Below, piece after piece: positions 1-12,175 of a stretch of 64,000 nt of DNA. A program made the position numbers and the translations under genes. Under the pieces are notes generated by a model. That model did no database searches. It was not told the origin of the DNA and saw only the letters and a program-made list of their open reading frames with translations. Source of the DNA: Octopus sinensis (Eukaryota); contig NC_043008.1 in the NCBI RefSeq assembly GCF_006345805.1, positions 5,332,001 through 5,396,000 on the forward strand. Direction: 5' to 3'. The stretch's first letter is position 1. Every line of letters begins with the position of its first letter.

Positions 1-254
1 GTCTGGCGTAACAGTAAATTCCATTGTCTCAACCATGGTCGAACAATGATAATAATATACCGATATACCATACTTGTAAGGACTTCATATTCAAAACAGT
101 TACATACAGTCCAGTGTGCATACAAGCATCCGTTCATCATCGGCAACAGTAATAATTGTTGTCATCATCACCTCTCTCTCTCAGCTGTGTTTAAATTCTA
201 TTTTCTCATGCAAGCATGCATTGCTCAGATCTGTCAGAAACCATATCTCAATGT

Positions 255-350
255 TGATAATGATGGTGGTAGTGATAAAGATGATGATGATAATAATGAT
301 GTAGATAATGGCACTAATGATAAGGTTGATGCTGATAATAATGAGGTACA
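255..350 (+). repeat. Degenerate (GAT/AAT)n microsatellite; (TA)n tracts also at about 29570, 31998, 44466 and 52925
   Basis: Direct reading. Confidence 0.85.
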
Positions 351-403
351 AATGAGTTAAGTTTAATTCTCAACCACATAGCTTTGGTTTCAATCCCACA
401 GTG

Positions 404-1948
404 CCCCTGGGAGCTCCTCTATGCTGATGACCTTGTTCTAAATGCTGAGTCACTATCAGAACTAGAGGAGGAGTTTCAAGTGTGGAAACAAGGATTAGAA
501 TTGAAGGGCCTTAGAGTCAACCTAGCTAAAACCAAAGTCCTAATAAGTAGAAAGGCAGGCAAACCACAAATCCCTGCTCGATCTATAGAAAAGGTGTAGG
601 TAGGAACTCTTTAAGATGTACCCAATGTAAGCTATGGCCACATAAGAGGTGCAGCAATATCAAAGGAAGGCTAACTGGGAAGATAGTTTTTGTGTGAAGC
701 AGATGCACAGGGGCAATAAACACTGCAAATGTGCAGAGAACAACTTCCGCCACATTCCAGGGAGAAAACTAGAAGTAATTGATAGCTTCCGTTACCTAGG
801 TGACCAAGTCAGTAGGGGGGGAGGGTGCTCTGAAAGTGTAGCTGCTAGAATAAGAATAACTTGGGCAAAGTTCAGAGAGCTCTTACATCTGCTGGTGACA
901 AAGGGCCTGTTGCTCAGTAAAAGGTAGAGTGTATTACGCATGTGTATGAACAGCCATGCTACATGGTAGTGAAACAAGGGGCCGTGACTGCTGAGGACAT
1001 GCGTAAGCTCACAAAGAATGAAGCCAGTATGCTCTGCTGGATGTGTAATGTCAGTGTGCATACTCGACAGAGTGTAAGTACCTTGAGAGAAAAGTTGGAC
1101 CTAAGAAGCCTCAGATGTGGTGTGCAAGAGAGACAACTGCACTGGTATGGCCATGCAGCGAGAATGGATATGGATAGCTGTGTGAAAAAGTGCCACACCC
1201 TAGCAATTGAGGGAACCTGTAGAAGAGGTAGACTCAGGAAGACCTGGGATGAGGTGGTGAAGCATGACCTTTGAACATTGGGCCTCACCGAGGCAATGAT
1301 TAGTGGCCGAGACCTTTGGAAATATGCTGTGCTTGAGAAGACTTGGCAAGCCAACTGAGACCAGAACCTTGTGGCCTATGCCAGGGGTGTAACCAGCCCA
1401 CTTATGCGTACCTTTCCTTCATTGGACACTAAACTCTGCTTGCGAAGACCTGTTGAGGCAAGTGAAATCGAAACCAAAATCAAATTCGATGACTGGCATC
1501 TGTGCTAGTGGAGCACTAAGAGTACCATCTGAGTGTGATCGTTGCCAGAGCAGCAAACTGGCTTCCCTGCCGGTGGCATGTAAAAGCACCATCCAAGCGT
1601 GATTGTTACCTGCGTCGCCTTCCTGGCACTTGTGCTGGTGACACATGAAAAAACATTTGAGCGAGGTCGTTGCCAGTGCTGTTGGAAGGCTCCTGTGCAG
1701 GTGGCACATAAAAAGCACCATTTGAGCAGGGCCATTGCCAATACCGCCTGACTGGCCCCTGTGCCGGTGGCATGCCAAAGCACCTACTGCTCTCTCGGAG
1801 TGGTTGGCGTTAGGAAAGGCATCCAGCTGTAGAAACACTGCCAGATCAGATTCGAGCCTGGTGCAGCCATCTGATTCGCCAGTCCTCAGTCAAAATCGCC
1901 CAACCCATGCTAGCATGGAAAGCAGACATTAAACGATGCTGATGATGA
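404..1948 (+). mobile_element. RTE-clade LINE family A, 5'-truncated and degenerate (RT C-half, 3'UTR, GAT tail)
   Basis: YADD in ORF 384..599; FRYLGDQ and thumb in ORFs 649..927 and 942..1274. Stops and frameshifts throughout; ends in the family 3' stem-loop and (GAT)n. Confidence 0.92.
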
Positions 1949-2012
1949 CAAAATGAACAACCTGCTATAAAAAATCCTGCCTCAACTATTTCTCCTGTCT
2001 AACCATTTTGCT

Positions 2013-2680
2013 GAGACCCCCTTCGGTCATGACTGACCATGGGATTACACCTAGAAGGTTACCCTCCCAGGCACAAGTCCGGGCAAGATTGTTTATGGAA
2101 GACCAGCAGTTGCCCATGCATACCGGCCTCCCCTCTCCGCGCCACTGATGTTATCCAAGGGAAAGGCAAAGACCAATACAGTTTGGCACCAGTAACGCCG
2201 CAACTGATTTCTACAGCTGAGTGAACTGGAGCAACGTGAAATAAAGTGTCTTGCTCAAGAACACAACGCGCAGCCCAGTCCGAGAATCAAACTCACAACC
2301 TCACAATCGTAAGCTCGATGCTCTAACTACTGAGCCATGTGCCTTCACTATATATATATATGGAGGAGGCCCCCTTTGGTCATGACCGACCACGGGATTG
2401 CACCTAGAAAGTTACCCTCTAAGGCACAAGTCCGGGCAAGCTTGTTTATGGAAGACCAGTGGTCGCCCATGCATACCAGCCTCCCCTCTCCACGCCACCA
2501 GTGTTAACCGAGGGAAAGGCAAAGGGGCCGATACAGCTTGGCACCTGTGACGTCGCAACTCATTTCTGGAGCAATGTGAAATAAAGTGTCTTGCTCAAGA
2601 ACACAATATGCAGTCTGGTCCGAGAATCGAACTCACGATTGTAAGCTCAACACTCTAACCACTGAACCATGTGCCTTCAC
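2013..2680 (-). mobile_element. Two tandem copies of a tRNA-derived, CORE-like SINE (2013-2348 and 2366-2680)
   Basis: tRNA-like heads with A/B-box-like motifs (tggctcagtggttagag, gagttcgattc) and body ttgtgttcttgagcaagacactt. Confidence 0.85.
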
Positions 2681-2807
2681 TAACCATTTCTAGTATGGAA
2701 AACACATGAAACAAATGAAAGAATGGCGATGTAGGTGATGACTGATAGTGTTGCTGATGATGATGGCACAGGTAGAGAAAACAAGGAAACATTCTTTTTA
2801 ACTAACA

Positions 2808-3203
2808 CTAGCAGTATTGCCTGGCATTGCTCGGGTTTGTTTCGACCCTTTAGAATAGAAATTTTTGAAAAGGAAAAATTTTGCATTATGTAGCTCATTA
2901 TTCTCTTTAAGTGATCATTTTTCTGGTTGAAATACACCGAAAAATGGCAACACAGCAGTCAAAAAATCGTAAAAAATAGGGATTTTCATAGAAAAAAAGC
3001 ACCTTTTTGATGTAAATAATTTTTGGTGTTAACATGGTCCGATTTGAATTTTCTCTCCTACGGAAGGAAGAGCAAGCCTTCTTCTATCATACTCTCGATT
3101 TTGGCCAACTTCCGCTGCAGGGTCTCGGAGGAGATAGTGTTAGTTGAAGGCTACCAAACCTGCCATACACTGGCAACTTTAGCTTTATATATATATATAT
3201 ATA
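2808..3203 (-). mobile_element. Non-autonomous Helitron-like element (copy of 34420-34775)
   Basis: Collinear reverse complement with a CTAG|T end at 2808. Confidence 0.8.
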
Positions 3204-3500
3204 TGTACGGTCAGCACACACATTGCATGCAACTGTTTTGTACGCATAAATGCTTGTGGCGTCACTACAGTGGATTTCTCCGACGTGAAAATTGAAGTTA
3301 TGGCTCAAAATTATTTACCACTATTCACGGGTGCCTCAGAGGAAAATAATTTGATGAAAATACAGCTATGGTCGTGACAAATGTCCTCCTAAAATTTGAG
3401 CGACATGTGTGCTAATTTCTGGATGTGCATAAACTACAATCACGTACACACACACAGATCCTGCCTTATATATATACAGATTATCAAAACCAATACAAAC

Positions 3501-3613
3501 CTTTGGACAGTTCCATGAGGATAGCAATATGCCTGTTTTTATGTCAATGGCAAACACTTTACAAGGTTTCTTGGTGTGGTTTCGTGGACCATTCACAGCA
3601 AATAAAATTCCAC
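3501..3613 (-). CDS. PAM: PAM exon n (PAL): GILFAVNGPRNHTKKPCKVFAIDIKTGILLSSWNCPK
   Basis: ttattacag acceptor, GTTTGT donor, phase 1 to 0. LFAVNG...G.....W.P motif. The next expected exon (PHD motif, H786) was not found in the window. Confidence 0.92.
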
Positions 3614-3825
3614 CTGTAATAAATATAATCTCACAAATAAGGTGCAAATCATAACATATCTAAACAGTTTAAAAGGATCTCGAAAGTTTTATTGAAAAAC
3701 TAAGTCGATATAAATACATTCTACACTGAGCTGTATACTATTGTAGATGTTTTCGATCTAGTTTGGATTCTTTGCCTTCAAATTCGAATTCTTTGCAATC
3801 AAATTTGAATTTTTCAATTGGTGCT

Positions 3826-4229
3826 CAAGCCTTGGGGAAAAAAAAGAGGTAAACTACATCAGCCGTAAGGGAATGCATGTCTATCTTATCTAACTCGTCC
3901 AGTAGAGCCCGCCAATTGATATCTGAAAAGTTCGATGAAATAACTTATGAACACTGCGATAGCTTCTGCAAAAAGATGCTTCAACATATTTACGTCGTCG
4001 ACCGGTCTGAACAAGGGGAGATAATAAACGAATGAGTCTTTTTCTATTATCTCCCCTTGTTCAGACCGGTCGTTGTGTAACAGAACATCTTTTGTTAGAA
4101 GCTATCGCAGTGTTCACGAATTATTTCATCGAACTTTTCAGATATCAATTGGTGGAACGAGTTAGATAAGATAGACTTGTATTCCCTTACGGCTGATGTA
4201 GTTTAACTCTTTTTTTTCCCCAAGGCTTG
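3826..4229. repeat. Foldback (near-perfect palindromic) MITE-like element, 404 bp
   Basis: Arms of about 190-200 bp around an 18-nt loop (4027-4044); perfect inner stem cgaccggtctgaacaaggggagataata. Confidence 0.93.
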
Positions 4230-6086
4230 CGGAAATTGTAGTTGTGATACCAGTGCTGGTGGCACGTAAAAAGAACCATCCGAACGTGGCCATTGCCAGC
4301 GCCGCGACTGGTTTCCGTGCCGGTGGCACGTAAAAACCTCCCACTACACTCATGGAGTGGTTGGCATTAGGAAGGGCATCCAGCTGTAGAAACACTACCA
4401 ATCCAGACTGGGGCCTGGTGCAACCTCTTGGCTTCCCAGACCTCGGTTGAACCGTCCAAACCCATGCTAGCATGGAAAACGGACGTTAAACAATGATGAC
4501 GATCTTTTCAGTATTGATAACAAAGGATCAAACTGGTAGATTAGTGAAGTTCTTTGAATATCATCATCATTGTTTCCATATTATTCTTTGTCCTCCCATA
4601 AAGCCACAGTTGAACCAATTCTACTATATGGCTCAGAAACCTGGACATTATCAAAGAAGATTGAGAGGCAGTTGGATGGAACTTACACTCGCCTCCTTAT
4701 GAGAGCTCAAAATCTCTCGTGGAAGCGTCATCCAACCAAAGTACAAATATATGAGAAATTACCACTTGTATCATCTCTTGTGAAGATCTGATGATAATAT
4801 CTATTGCAGCTCTGTGCTTTCTGAGTCCATATCCCACCTCCTGTTGCCAGAAATGGTGACACTTTTATCTGACAACCTGACCAGGAGAAAGAAAACTGAG
4901 AAATTGCATGCAACTACAACAGTCTAGCAATTTGTGAGGGAAGAGTAATGTCAAATATGAAGCAACTATCAACTAGCATAAAGGGAGAGGGCTTTCATGT
5001 GTGTGTGTGTGTGCATGGGCAGTCTGCGAATTTGCAGAGAAAGTGTGTGAGTGTTTGATCCCCATCACCACTTGACAACTAGTGTTGGTGTTTTTAGGTC
5101 TCTGTTGCCTGACTGGCCCCTGTGCCGTGGCACGTAAAAGGGCACCATTCGAGCATGATCGTTACCAACGTCGCTTCACTGGCACCTGTGCCGGTGTAGC
5201 ATGTGTAAAAAGATTCGAGTGAGGTCATTGCCAGTAATGCCTGACTGGCCCCCGTGCCGGTGGCACTTAAAAGGGCACCATTCGAGCGTGATCGTTACCA
5301 ACGTCGCCTTACTGGCACCTGTGCAGGTGGCATGTGTAAAACGATTCGAGCGTGGTCATTGCCAGTACCGCCTGACCGGCCTCGTGCTGGTGGCACGTAA
5401 AAGTACCCACTACATTCTCGGAGTGGTTGGCGTTAAGAAGAGCATCCAGCTGTAGAAACTCTGCCAGATCAAGATTGGAGCCTGGTGCGGCCGTCTGGTT
5501 CGCCAGCCCTCAGTCAAAATCGTCCAACCCATGCTAGCATGGAAAGCGGACGTTAAACGGTGATGATCATGATGATAATTTAGCAGTTCAGCAAAAATGA
5601 CCAACAGAATAAGTATCAAGCTTTAAGGGAAAAAAAAAATCAAAAGAATAGTGGGGTCAATCTGTTTAAGTAAAATAATATCTGTCTCAGCATGGCTGCA
5701 GTTTAAGAAGTGAAACAAGTAAAAAGAAAAGATAAAATGTTTATTTCTGATAGATTTGAACTCAGAACCATGAAGTAGCACATAGAAATATATAGTATTC
5801 ACCTGAATACTCTTATGTCTTTCATTTAAGTCATTTTAATTATTGCAATGTTAATTATTTTGACACTTGCCTTCTTGAAATTGCATCACAATTTTTAAAA
5901 GTGTTCACATCTAAATTAAAATTTCCTTCATAATTTCATGCACAAACTTTTGATGAAATTAAATTTCAGACACCAATTTCATAAGAAAAATTTAATTATT
6001 TTAAGAAATTCATCAAAATTCTTTAGATATTTCGTTTTTTGATTTGGTTTGCAAGATTCTTTATATGAGTTCATGTGTTGAAGCAT

Positions 6087-6341
6087 ATTCTGTTGTGTCT
6101 GGGGAGAGTCATTTTCTTTTTATGCCTTATGATTTAACACACTCACTGGTAAAATTTCCATTTTTTTCTTATTTTAATTGTCCTAAAATTTTCGTTGCAT
6201 CTTGCAACCTTTTCAATAGTTTGGAAAATGCAATGAAAATTTTATGACAATAAAAATAAGAAATATGTGGAAATTTTACTGGTGAGTGTGTTACATATTA
6301 AGGCACAAAGAGAAAATGACTCTCCCCAGACACAATAGAAT
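6087..6341. repeat. Foldback MITE-like element, 255 bp
   Basis: attctgttgtgtctggggagagtcattttc...gaaaatgactctccccagacacaatagaat; partial copy near 36658-36705. Confidence 0.88.
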
Positions 6342-6489
6342 CTTTATATATTATTTACCAAATTAATTAAAACACCCAGATTGAATTGTGTCTCAATAGA
6401 AATATTCACAAGCTTTCAATTAAGTAAATATTATGTTCTCTTTTATGCAGTGAGTTTTGTATAAATGTTAAAAAGAAAATTTTTCTTAC

Positions 6490-6687
6490 CGTGCTGATAG
6501 CAATAGTCAACGGAATATATTACATAGCCAAACTCTTTCAGATGTATTTGCTTATAGAATTTTCCACTTAAATCAAAGCATTGTATACGTCCATTTCCTC
6601 TGTCACTAGCACAAACCAATCCTTTATCTTCAGCAACGGTTACAGAATGAACAATGAAGAATACATATGGTGCTGGGAAGCCATCAG
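6490..6687 (-). CDS. PAM: PAM exon m (PAL): DGFPAPYVFFIVHSVTVAEDKGLVCASDRGNGRIQCFDLSGKFYKQIHLKEFGYVIYSVDYCYQH(G)
   Basis: atttgttcag acceptor, GTAAGA donor, phase 1 to 1. xHS (H690) and DRxNGRIQCF (R706). Confidence 0.96.
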
Positions 6688-9600
6688 CTGAACAAATAGA
6701 AACAATATTCAGATGAAAAGATATGCCATTTCTATTCCATAAAAGCAAACCAAACTCTCTAATAGTGACCTAATTCATCTATTATATAAAATCCATTCTG
6801 TCTGTCTGTGTGTGTCTTCTAGGATCTCGGGCATTCTCCATCCAATTGCGCTCAAATTTGATATGTAGATACCGACGGTATCAGGGGTGTATAAGTCTTG
6901 AAAAAATTACAAAAATCAATTCCAGGTGAGAATGCGATCAATAAAGCCATGGGAACGTGCATTTGTACGTTCTCTACCTGTAAATCATACATATTAGATC
7001 TTCCCAGTACAGTCAAATGTCAAGAAAATACCCTAAATCTCACAATTGTTTATATTTACCATCCTGCCCAAATTTAAGACAGCAGGTTGTCTTAAGTGTA
7101 GGTGATTTGAAGGAAATTTGGCTGCTATTTCTAACTGATCCAGTGACCGTGCTCTCTCTGTAAACCTGCAAGTTACTATCATTTGCCATTAGCTCAGTGT
7201 TTCTCAACCTTTTTATCCTTGTATAACCCTTAAAATAAATTACGTCTCAAGGAACCCCTGCACAAAAAAAATATATACTATATCTTTCTCATACTATTTT
7301 CCTTGTAGTTCACGAGGTAAATATCATAAATATATCTACTAGCAGCTAAGCCCTGTTTCACCTGGTCTGTTTGGATGATGTGGCTGTGATCGTTTTCGGT
7401 TAGGCATATGTGAATGAAAATTAAGTTCAGACCTGTACATGGTAGCTAGACCTGGTAGAAATAGCAGCCAAATCTCCCTCAAAACTCCCAACTGTCTTAA
7501 TCCGACAATTCTGCCTATTATGTAGTTTTAATGAGAAACTTTAACTAAAGATTAAGATTATTAACCCCACAAAGAGGTGAAATAAGAGAGCGAAAGTTTT
7601 GGCTGACTGTCATCCTGTACTCCCTTTGCTGCCAGCGAAATGGTATATGCCAGCTGTGTGAGTAACTGGTTGTTTTAATGGTGGAACAAACGGGAATTCC
7701 ATTAGAAATAGTTTTAATCGATTTTCTCAGCATGGGTTGGACGATTTTGACTGAGGGCTGGCGAACCAGATGGCTGCACCAGGCCTCAATCTTGATCTGG
7801 CAGTTTCTACAGCTGGATGCCCTTCCTAATGCCAACCACTCCGAGAGTGTAGTGGGTGCTTTTTACGTGCCACCGGCATGGGGGCCAGTCAGGCGGTAGT
7901 GGCAACGACCTCACTCGAATCTTTTTACACATGCCACTGGCACAGGTGCCAGTAAGGCGATGTTGGTAACGATCACGCTCGAATGGTGCTCTTGGCACCC
8001 TACTAGCATGGGCACATGTACCAGTAAGGCGACGCTGGTAATGATCACACTCGAATGGTGCCTTTTTATGTGCCACTGGTACAGAAACCAGTTAGCCGCT
8101 CTATCAACAATCACCCTCGTATGGTGCTCTTTGCACCCCGCTAGCACAGATGCCAGTCGTCGAATTTGATTTTGATTTCACTTGCCTCAACAGATCTTCG
8201 CAATCAGAGTTTAGTGACCAAAGAAGGAGAAGGTATGCATAAGCGGGCTGGTTACGCTCCTGGCATAGGCCACAGGTTAGGGTCTCATTAAAGTTTCTGA
8301 GGCTCAAAATGAAAGTAGTTTTGTAAATGTTACATATATGAGCTTGCCATAAGAGAAACCCAGGGAATGTAAGGCAGAGTCTTTGAGAACTTTGTATTAT
8401 ACTTATGTGGGAAGGACATACTGAAATGCAGTTTCCTTGATATACGTATTTGTGCTACTGAAGAAGACTGGGTTGCCATCTCCCCAGTGCAAATTGTTTC
8501 AAAGACCTCTCTTCATGAAAGCAATTCAAAACTGGTGTAAAGTATCTAAGTTACAGGATAATACTTGTATCTTAACCTAGTGGTTAGAGTATAAGGGGTC
8601 ACAATCATACAGTCATGAGCTTGATTCCTAGACCAGGTAATGCATTGTATTCTTGAGTATGGCACTTTATTTTACAACACTTCAGTTTATTCAACTGAAG
8701 GGCATACCAGTTAGATAGTGTAGCTCTCTCTCTCTACAGTTGTTACATCTTGAATATTCTGCTACGTCAAAAGTGAGGATGCCAAGAAATTGTCTATGCC
8801 TGCAGTTTTCTACAACCCCCACTTGCTTTATACTTGTGCTTTCGTCCCAGTGGCACATAAAAGGGCACCATTCGAGTGTAATCATTACCAGCATCGCCTT
8901 ACTGGCACTTGTGCCTGTGCTAGTAGGGTGCCAAGAGCACCATCCAAGTGTGATCGTTGCCAGAGCAAACAACTGGCTTCCATGCCGGTGGCATGTAAAA
9001 GGGCATCATTTGTGCGTGATCGTTACCAACGTTGCCTTACTGGCACTTGTGCCGGTGGCATGTGTAAAAAGATTCGAGTGGGGTCATTGCCAGTACCGCC
9101 TGACTGGCCCCCGTGCCGTGGCACATAAAATGGCACCATTCGAGTGTGATCGTTACCAACGTAGCCTTACTGGCACCTGTGTTGGTGGTATGTGTAAAAA
9201 GATTCGAGCGAGGTCATTGCCAGTACCGCCTGACTGGCCCCCGTGCCGGTGGCATGTAAAAAGCACCCACTACACTCTTAGAGTGGTTGGCGTTAGGATA
9301 GGCATCCCGCTGTAGAATCTCTGCCAGATCAAGATTGGAGCCTTGTGCAGCTGTTTGGTTTGCCAGCCCTCAGTCAAAATCATCTAACCTATGCTAGCAT
9401 GGAAAGCAGACATTAAACGATGATGATGATGATGAATGTAAACAAAAAATTATGAACAAAGAAACAAATTATACATTAATACCTATTTTTGTAAGCAGTT
9501 GTATTCATAAAAATTTATGTGAAGAGAGCAGAAATTGAAAGAAGAGTAAGCGAAAAGGACAGAAAGGAAGCGAAAGATGTTTGTACGTCTATATGAAATG

Positions 9601-10234
9601 GGTGTGTGTGTGTGTGAAAGTGAGAAAGAGAGATAGAGTGAGTGAAGGTGTGTGTCATGATGATTGATGTCTTTTAAGGTACACACACATATAAAAAATG
9701 TGATGTCATGGTATAAAATTTTTATGATAGTTGATTTGTGGAAAAGATTATAATGTTAAATTTTTGAAATACAAATATGTGAATGGAAATTAAGTGTTTA
9801 ATTTGTAGCCGAAAAAGTACTGAATCAAAATCTGTAACTTGGTTTTGGAATGCTTGTGGAATATATATATAAATATCGTGTACATTAAAACACATTAAGA
9901 GGCTTAAAGAATTCTTAAAACACATTAAGAGGCGAAAGAATTCTCAAAAGAATTTATCCCTAATTAGTGGTTTGAGTTTTCTACTGCTCTTTCTAGCACA
10001 AGGCTTTCCTATTTGGAAGCCTCTTAATGTGCTTTAATGTACATGATATTTTTATGTGAATAATATATAGTCTATTGACTAATTTTTTTTGTGCTAGGCC
10101 ACTGGTAATAATAATTTCTATAATTCTTATTACCCTAATATTATTTATATATATGTATATACGACAGACATCTTTCAAACTGAAAGTATTATCTCACATT
10201 ACAATAGAGATGTAATACTGAAATAATGTAAGAT

Positions 10235-10595
10235 TTAAGAGATTGCTCTGGGCTCGCATTAGGCAAGAAGTCTGCGTTGGCTGGGTCATGCCCTCCGTCG
10301 TCAACCAGGAGAATTCATCTATGAAGCAATTGCCCCAGTTCCCCTTCAGGGTTGGCGAAAGGGATGTGGTGGACAACGAAAAACTTGGCTGATGACAGTC
10401 AAGGCTGATCTGGAACCCAACCTAGGCCCCCATATCTATGGCGTTCACTGCTGGAATAAGGAGTGGTTGGAGATCATGCGGTCGTTAATCTCAAATTGCC
10501 AGGCCTGCTCAGGGTTTGTGAGAGATGCAGCATTGAGGACGAATGAAGCCAGCTCAACCACCCCGGGTGAATACTGTCTCAAGTCAAGTCAAGAA
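10235..10595 (+). mobile_element. Third RTE-like family, 3' end with (TCAAG)n tail
   Basis: WLGHALRRQPGEF...GGQRKTWLMTVKADL thumb-like translation ending tctcaagtcaagtcaag. Confidence 0.7.
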
Positions 10596-12000
10596 ATTTC
10601 CACTGCATAGACCTTGGCTTTTGTATTTGACACCTGTTGGTTTAAGTATTTTATTTCGATTTTATGTCTATCTGCATGTATATATGTCTGTATGAGCCAA
10701 CGAGGGAGACCTCTATAGCCAGACCTTGTAGAAATAGCAGCCAAATATCCCTCAAAACACCCTACAGTCTTAATCCAATAATTCTGCCTATTATGTAGTT
10801 TGAATCAGAAACTGTAACTAAGCGTTAAGATTGTTAACCCCCAAATTTTACGCATTTTAATAGCAATCAAATTTTTTCTCTTTTTTGCTTAATTAAAACA
10901 GTTGCTTTTTTTGTTGTAGTTTCTCATGTCAGCTGTAAAGGTAAAGAGGGTTAACTTGGATGGTGTTAAGCAGTGGAGATGTTCGGTGATTGTATGTGGT
11001 GGTTACTTTTGACTGTTTCTTCTCGATAAGGATAATTGATTGATAACGAATTTTAACAGAAAATATATGATGAAAGACCGAGACCTCTGAGATATGCTGT
11101 GACTGTGAAGACCCAACAAATGAAGTGAGTCTATGGCTCACAGGATGGCCTACTCGTAGAGTGACCTGCTGGATCGTAGAGTGACCTGCTGTTCTTGAGG
11201 AGACCTATTGAGTCAAGTACGTTAATACCAACATCAAAATGAAAATCAAATGGAAATTGTAGTTAAGATACCTGTGCCAGTGACACGTTAAAAGCACCGT
11301 CTGAACGTGGCAGATGCCAGATAAAAATCAAATGGAAATTGTAGTTAAGACACCTGTGCCAGTGACACGTAAAAAGCACCATCCAAACATGGTAGTTGCA
11401 AGGGCTGCCCGCCTGGCGTCCGTGTCGGTGACACGTAAAAGCACCAACTAATCGTGACTTTTTGCCAGCCTCCTCTGGCCTGTACCAGTGACCCGTAAAA
11501 AGCACCCACTACACTCATGGAGTGGTTGGCGTTAGGAAGGGTATCCAGCTGTAGAAACACTGCCAGATCAGACTGGAGCCTGGTGCAGCCTCCTGGCTTC
11601 CCAGACCCCAGTCAAACCATCCAACCCATGCTAGCATGGAAAACGGATGTTAAACGATGATGATGATGATATACAACTTCAAGTGGAATCGGACATCATA
11701 AGAGAGACACAGAGAGGAAAGAAGAGAGAGCATAGTGACGGTTTTGCCTGACTGTCATCCTGCACTCCTCTTGTTGCTAGCAAAATGGTATGTGGCTTTT
11801 AATGGCAAAAAGATTATAAAATAGTGATTTTCACTTTGAAACTCACAATTTTGAAAATCTTTTTAGATTTCGGAATGCCCTGCTCTCTCATGTATCCATG
11901 TTTAAAATTTCAGCGTGATTGGATGAACAATACTCTAGTTATAAGTGCACTAACAGACAGACAGACAGAATGGATTTTATATATTAGAAGACATATATAA

Positions 12001-12175
12001 TATATACCATATTTTAACATGTATAAGGAACCCCACAATTTTGGGGGCTTCAAATTTGGAAAAATGGTTTTGTAAGGGATTATAATACTATCATGGTATA
12101 AGAAACTCCCATATTTTTTAAACCTAATTTTTGACAAAAAAGGGTTTCTTATACATGTTAAAATACAGTATATTC
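12001..12175. mobile_element. Small MITE with about 30-bp TIRs (Tc/mariner-like, tentative)
   Basis: atataccatattttaacatgtataaggaaccc versus gggtttcttatacatgttaaaatacagtatat. Confidence 0.6.

Noticed and set aside
181-230. Candidate terminal PAM exon (tttctgacag|ATCTGAGC..., DLSNACLHEKIEFKHS*)
   Set aside because: It is open only in phase 1, whereas exon n ends in phase 0 (giving an immediate stop). It also lacks the expected PHD/H786 motif.
46-360. Asp/Asn-rich 104-aa plus-strand ORF
   Set aside because: The acidic tail is just a (GAT/AAT)n microsatellite; no other coding evidence.
2680-2937. Hydrophobic minus-strand ORF as the PAM transmembrane exon
   Set aside because: It is built partly from a Helitron end, has no fitting splice sites, and would precede the missing last PAL exon.
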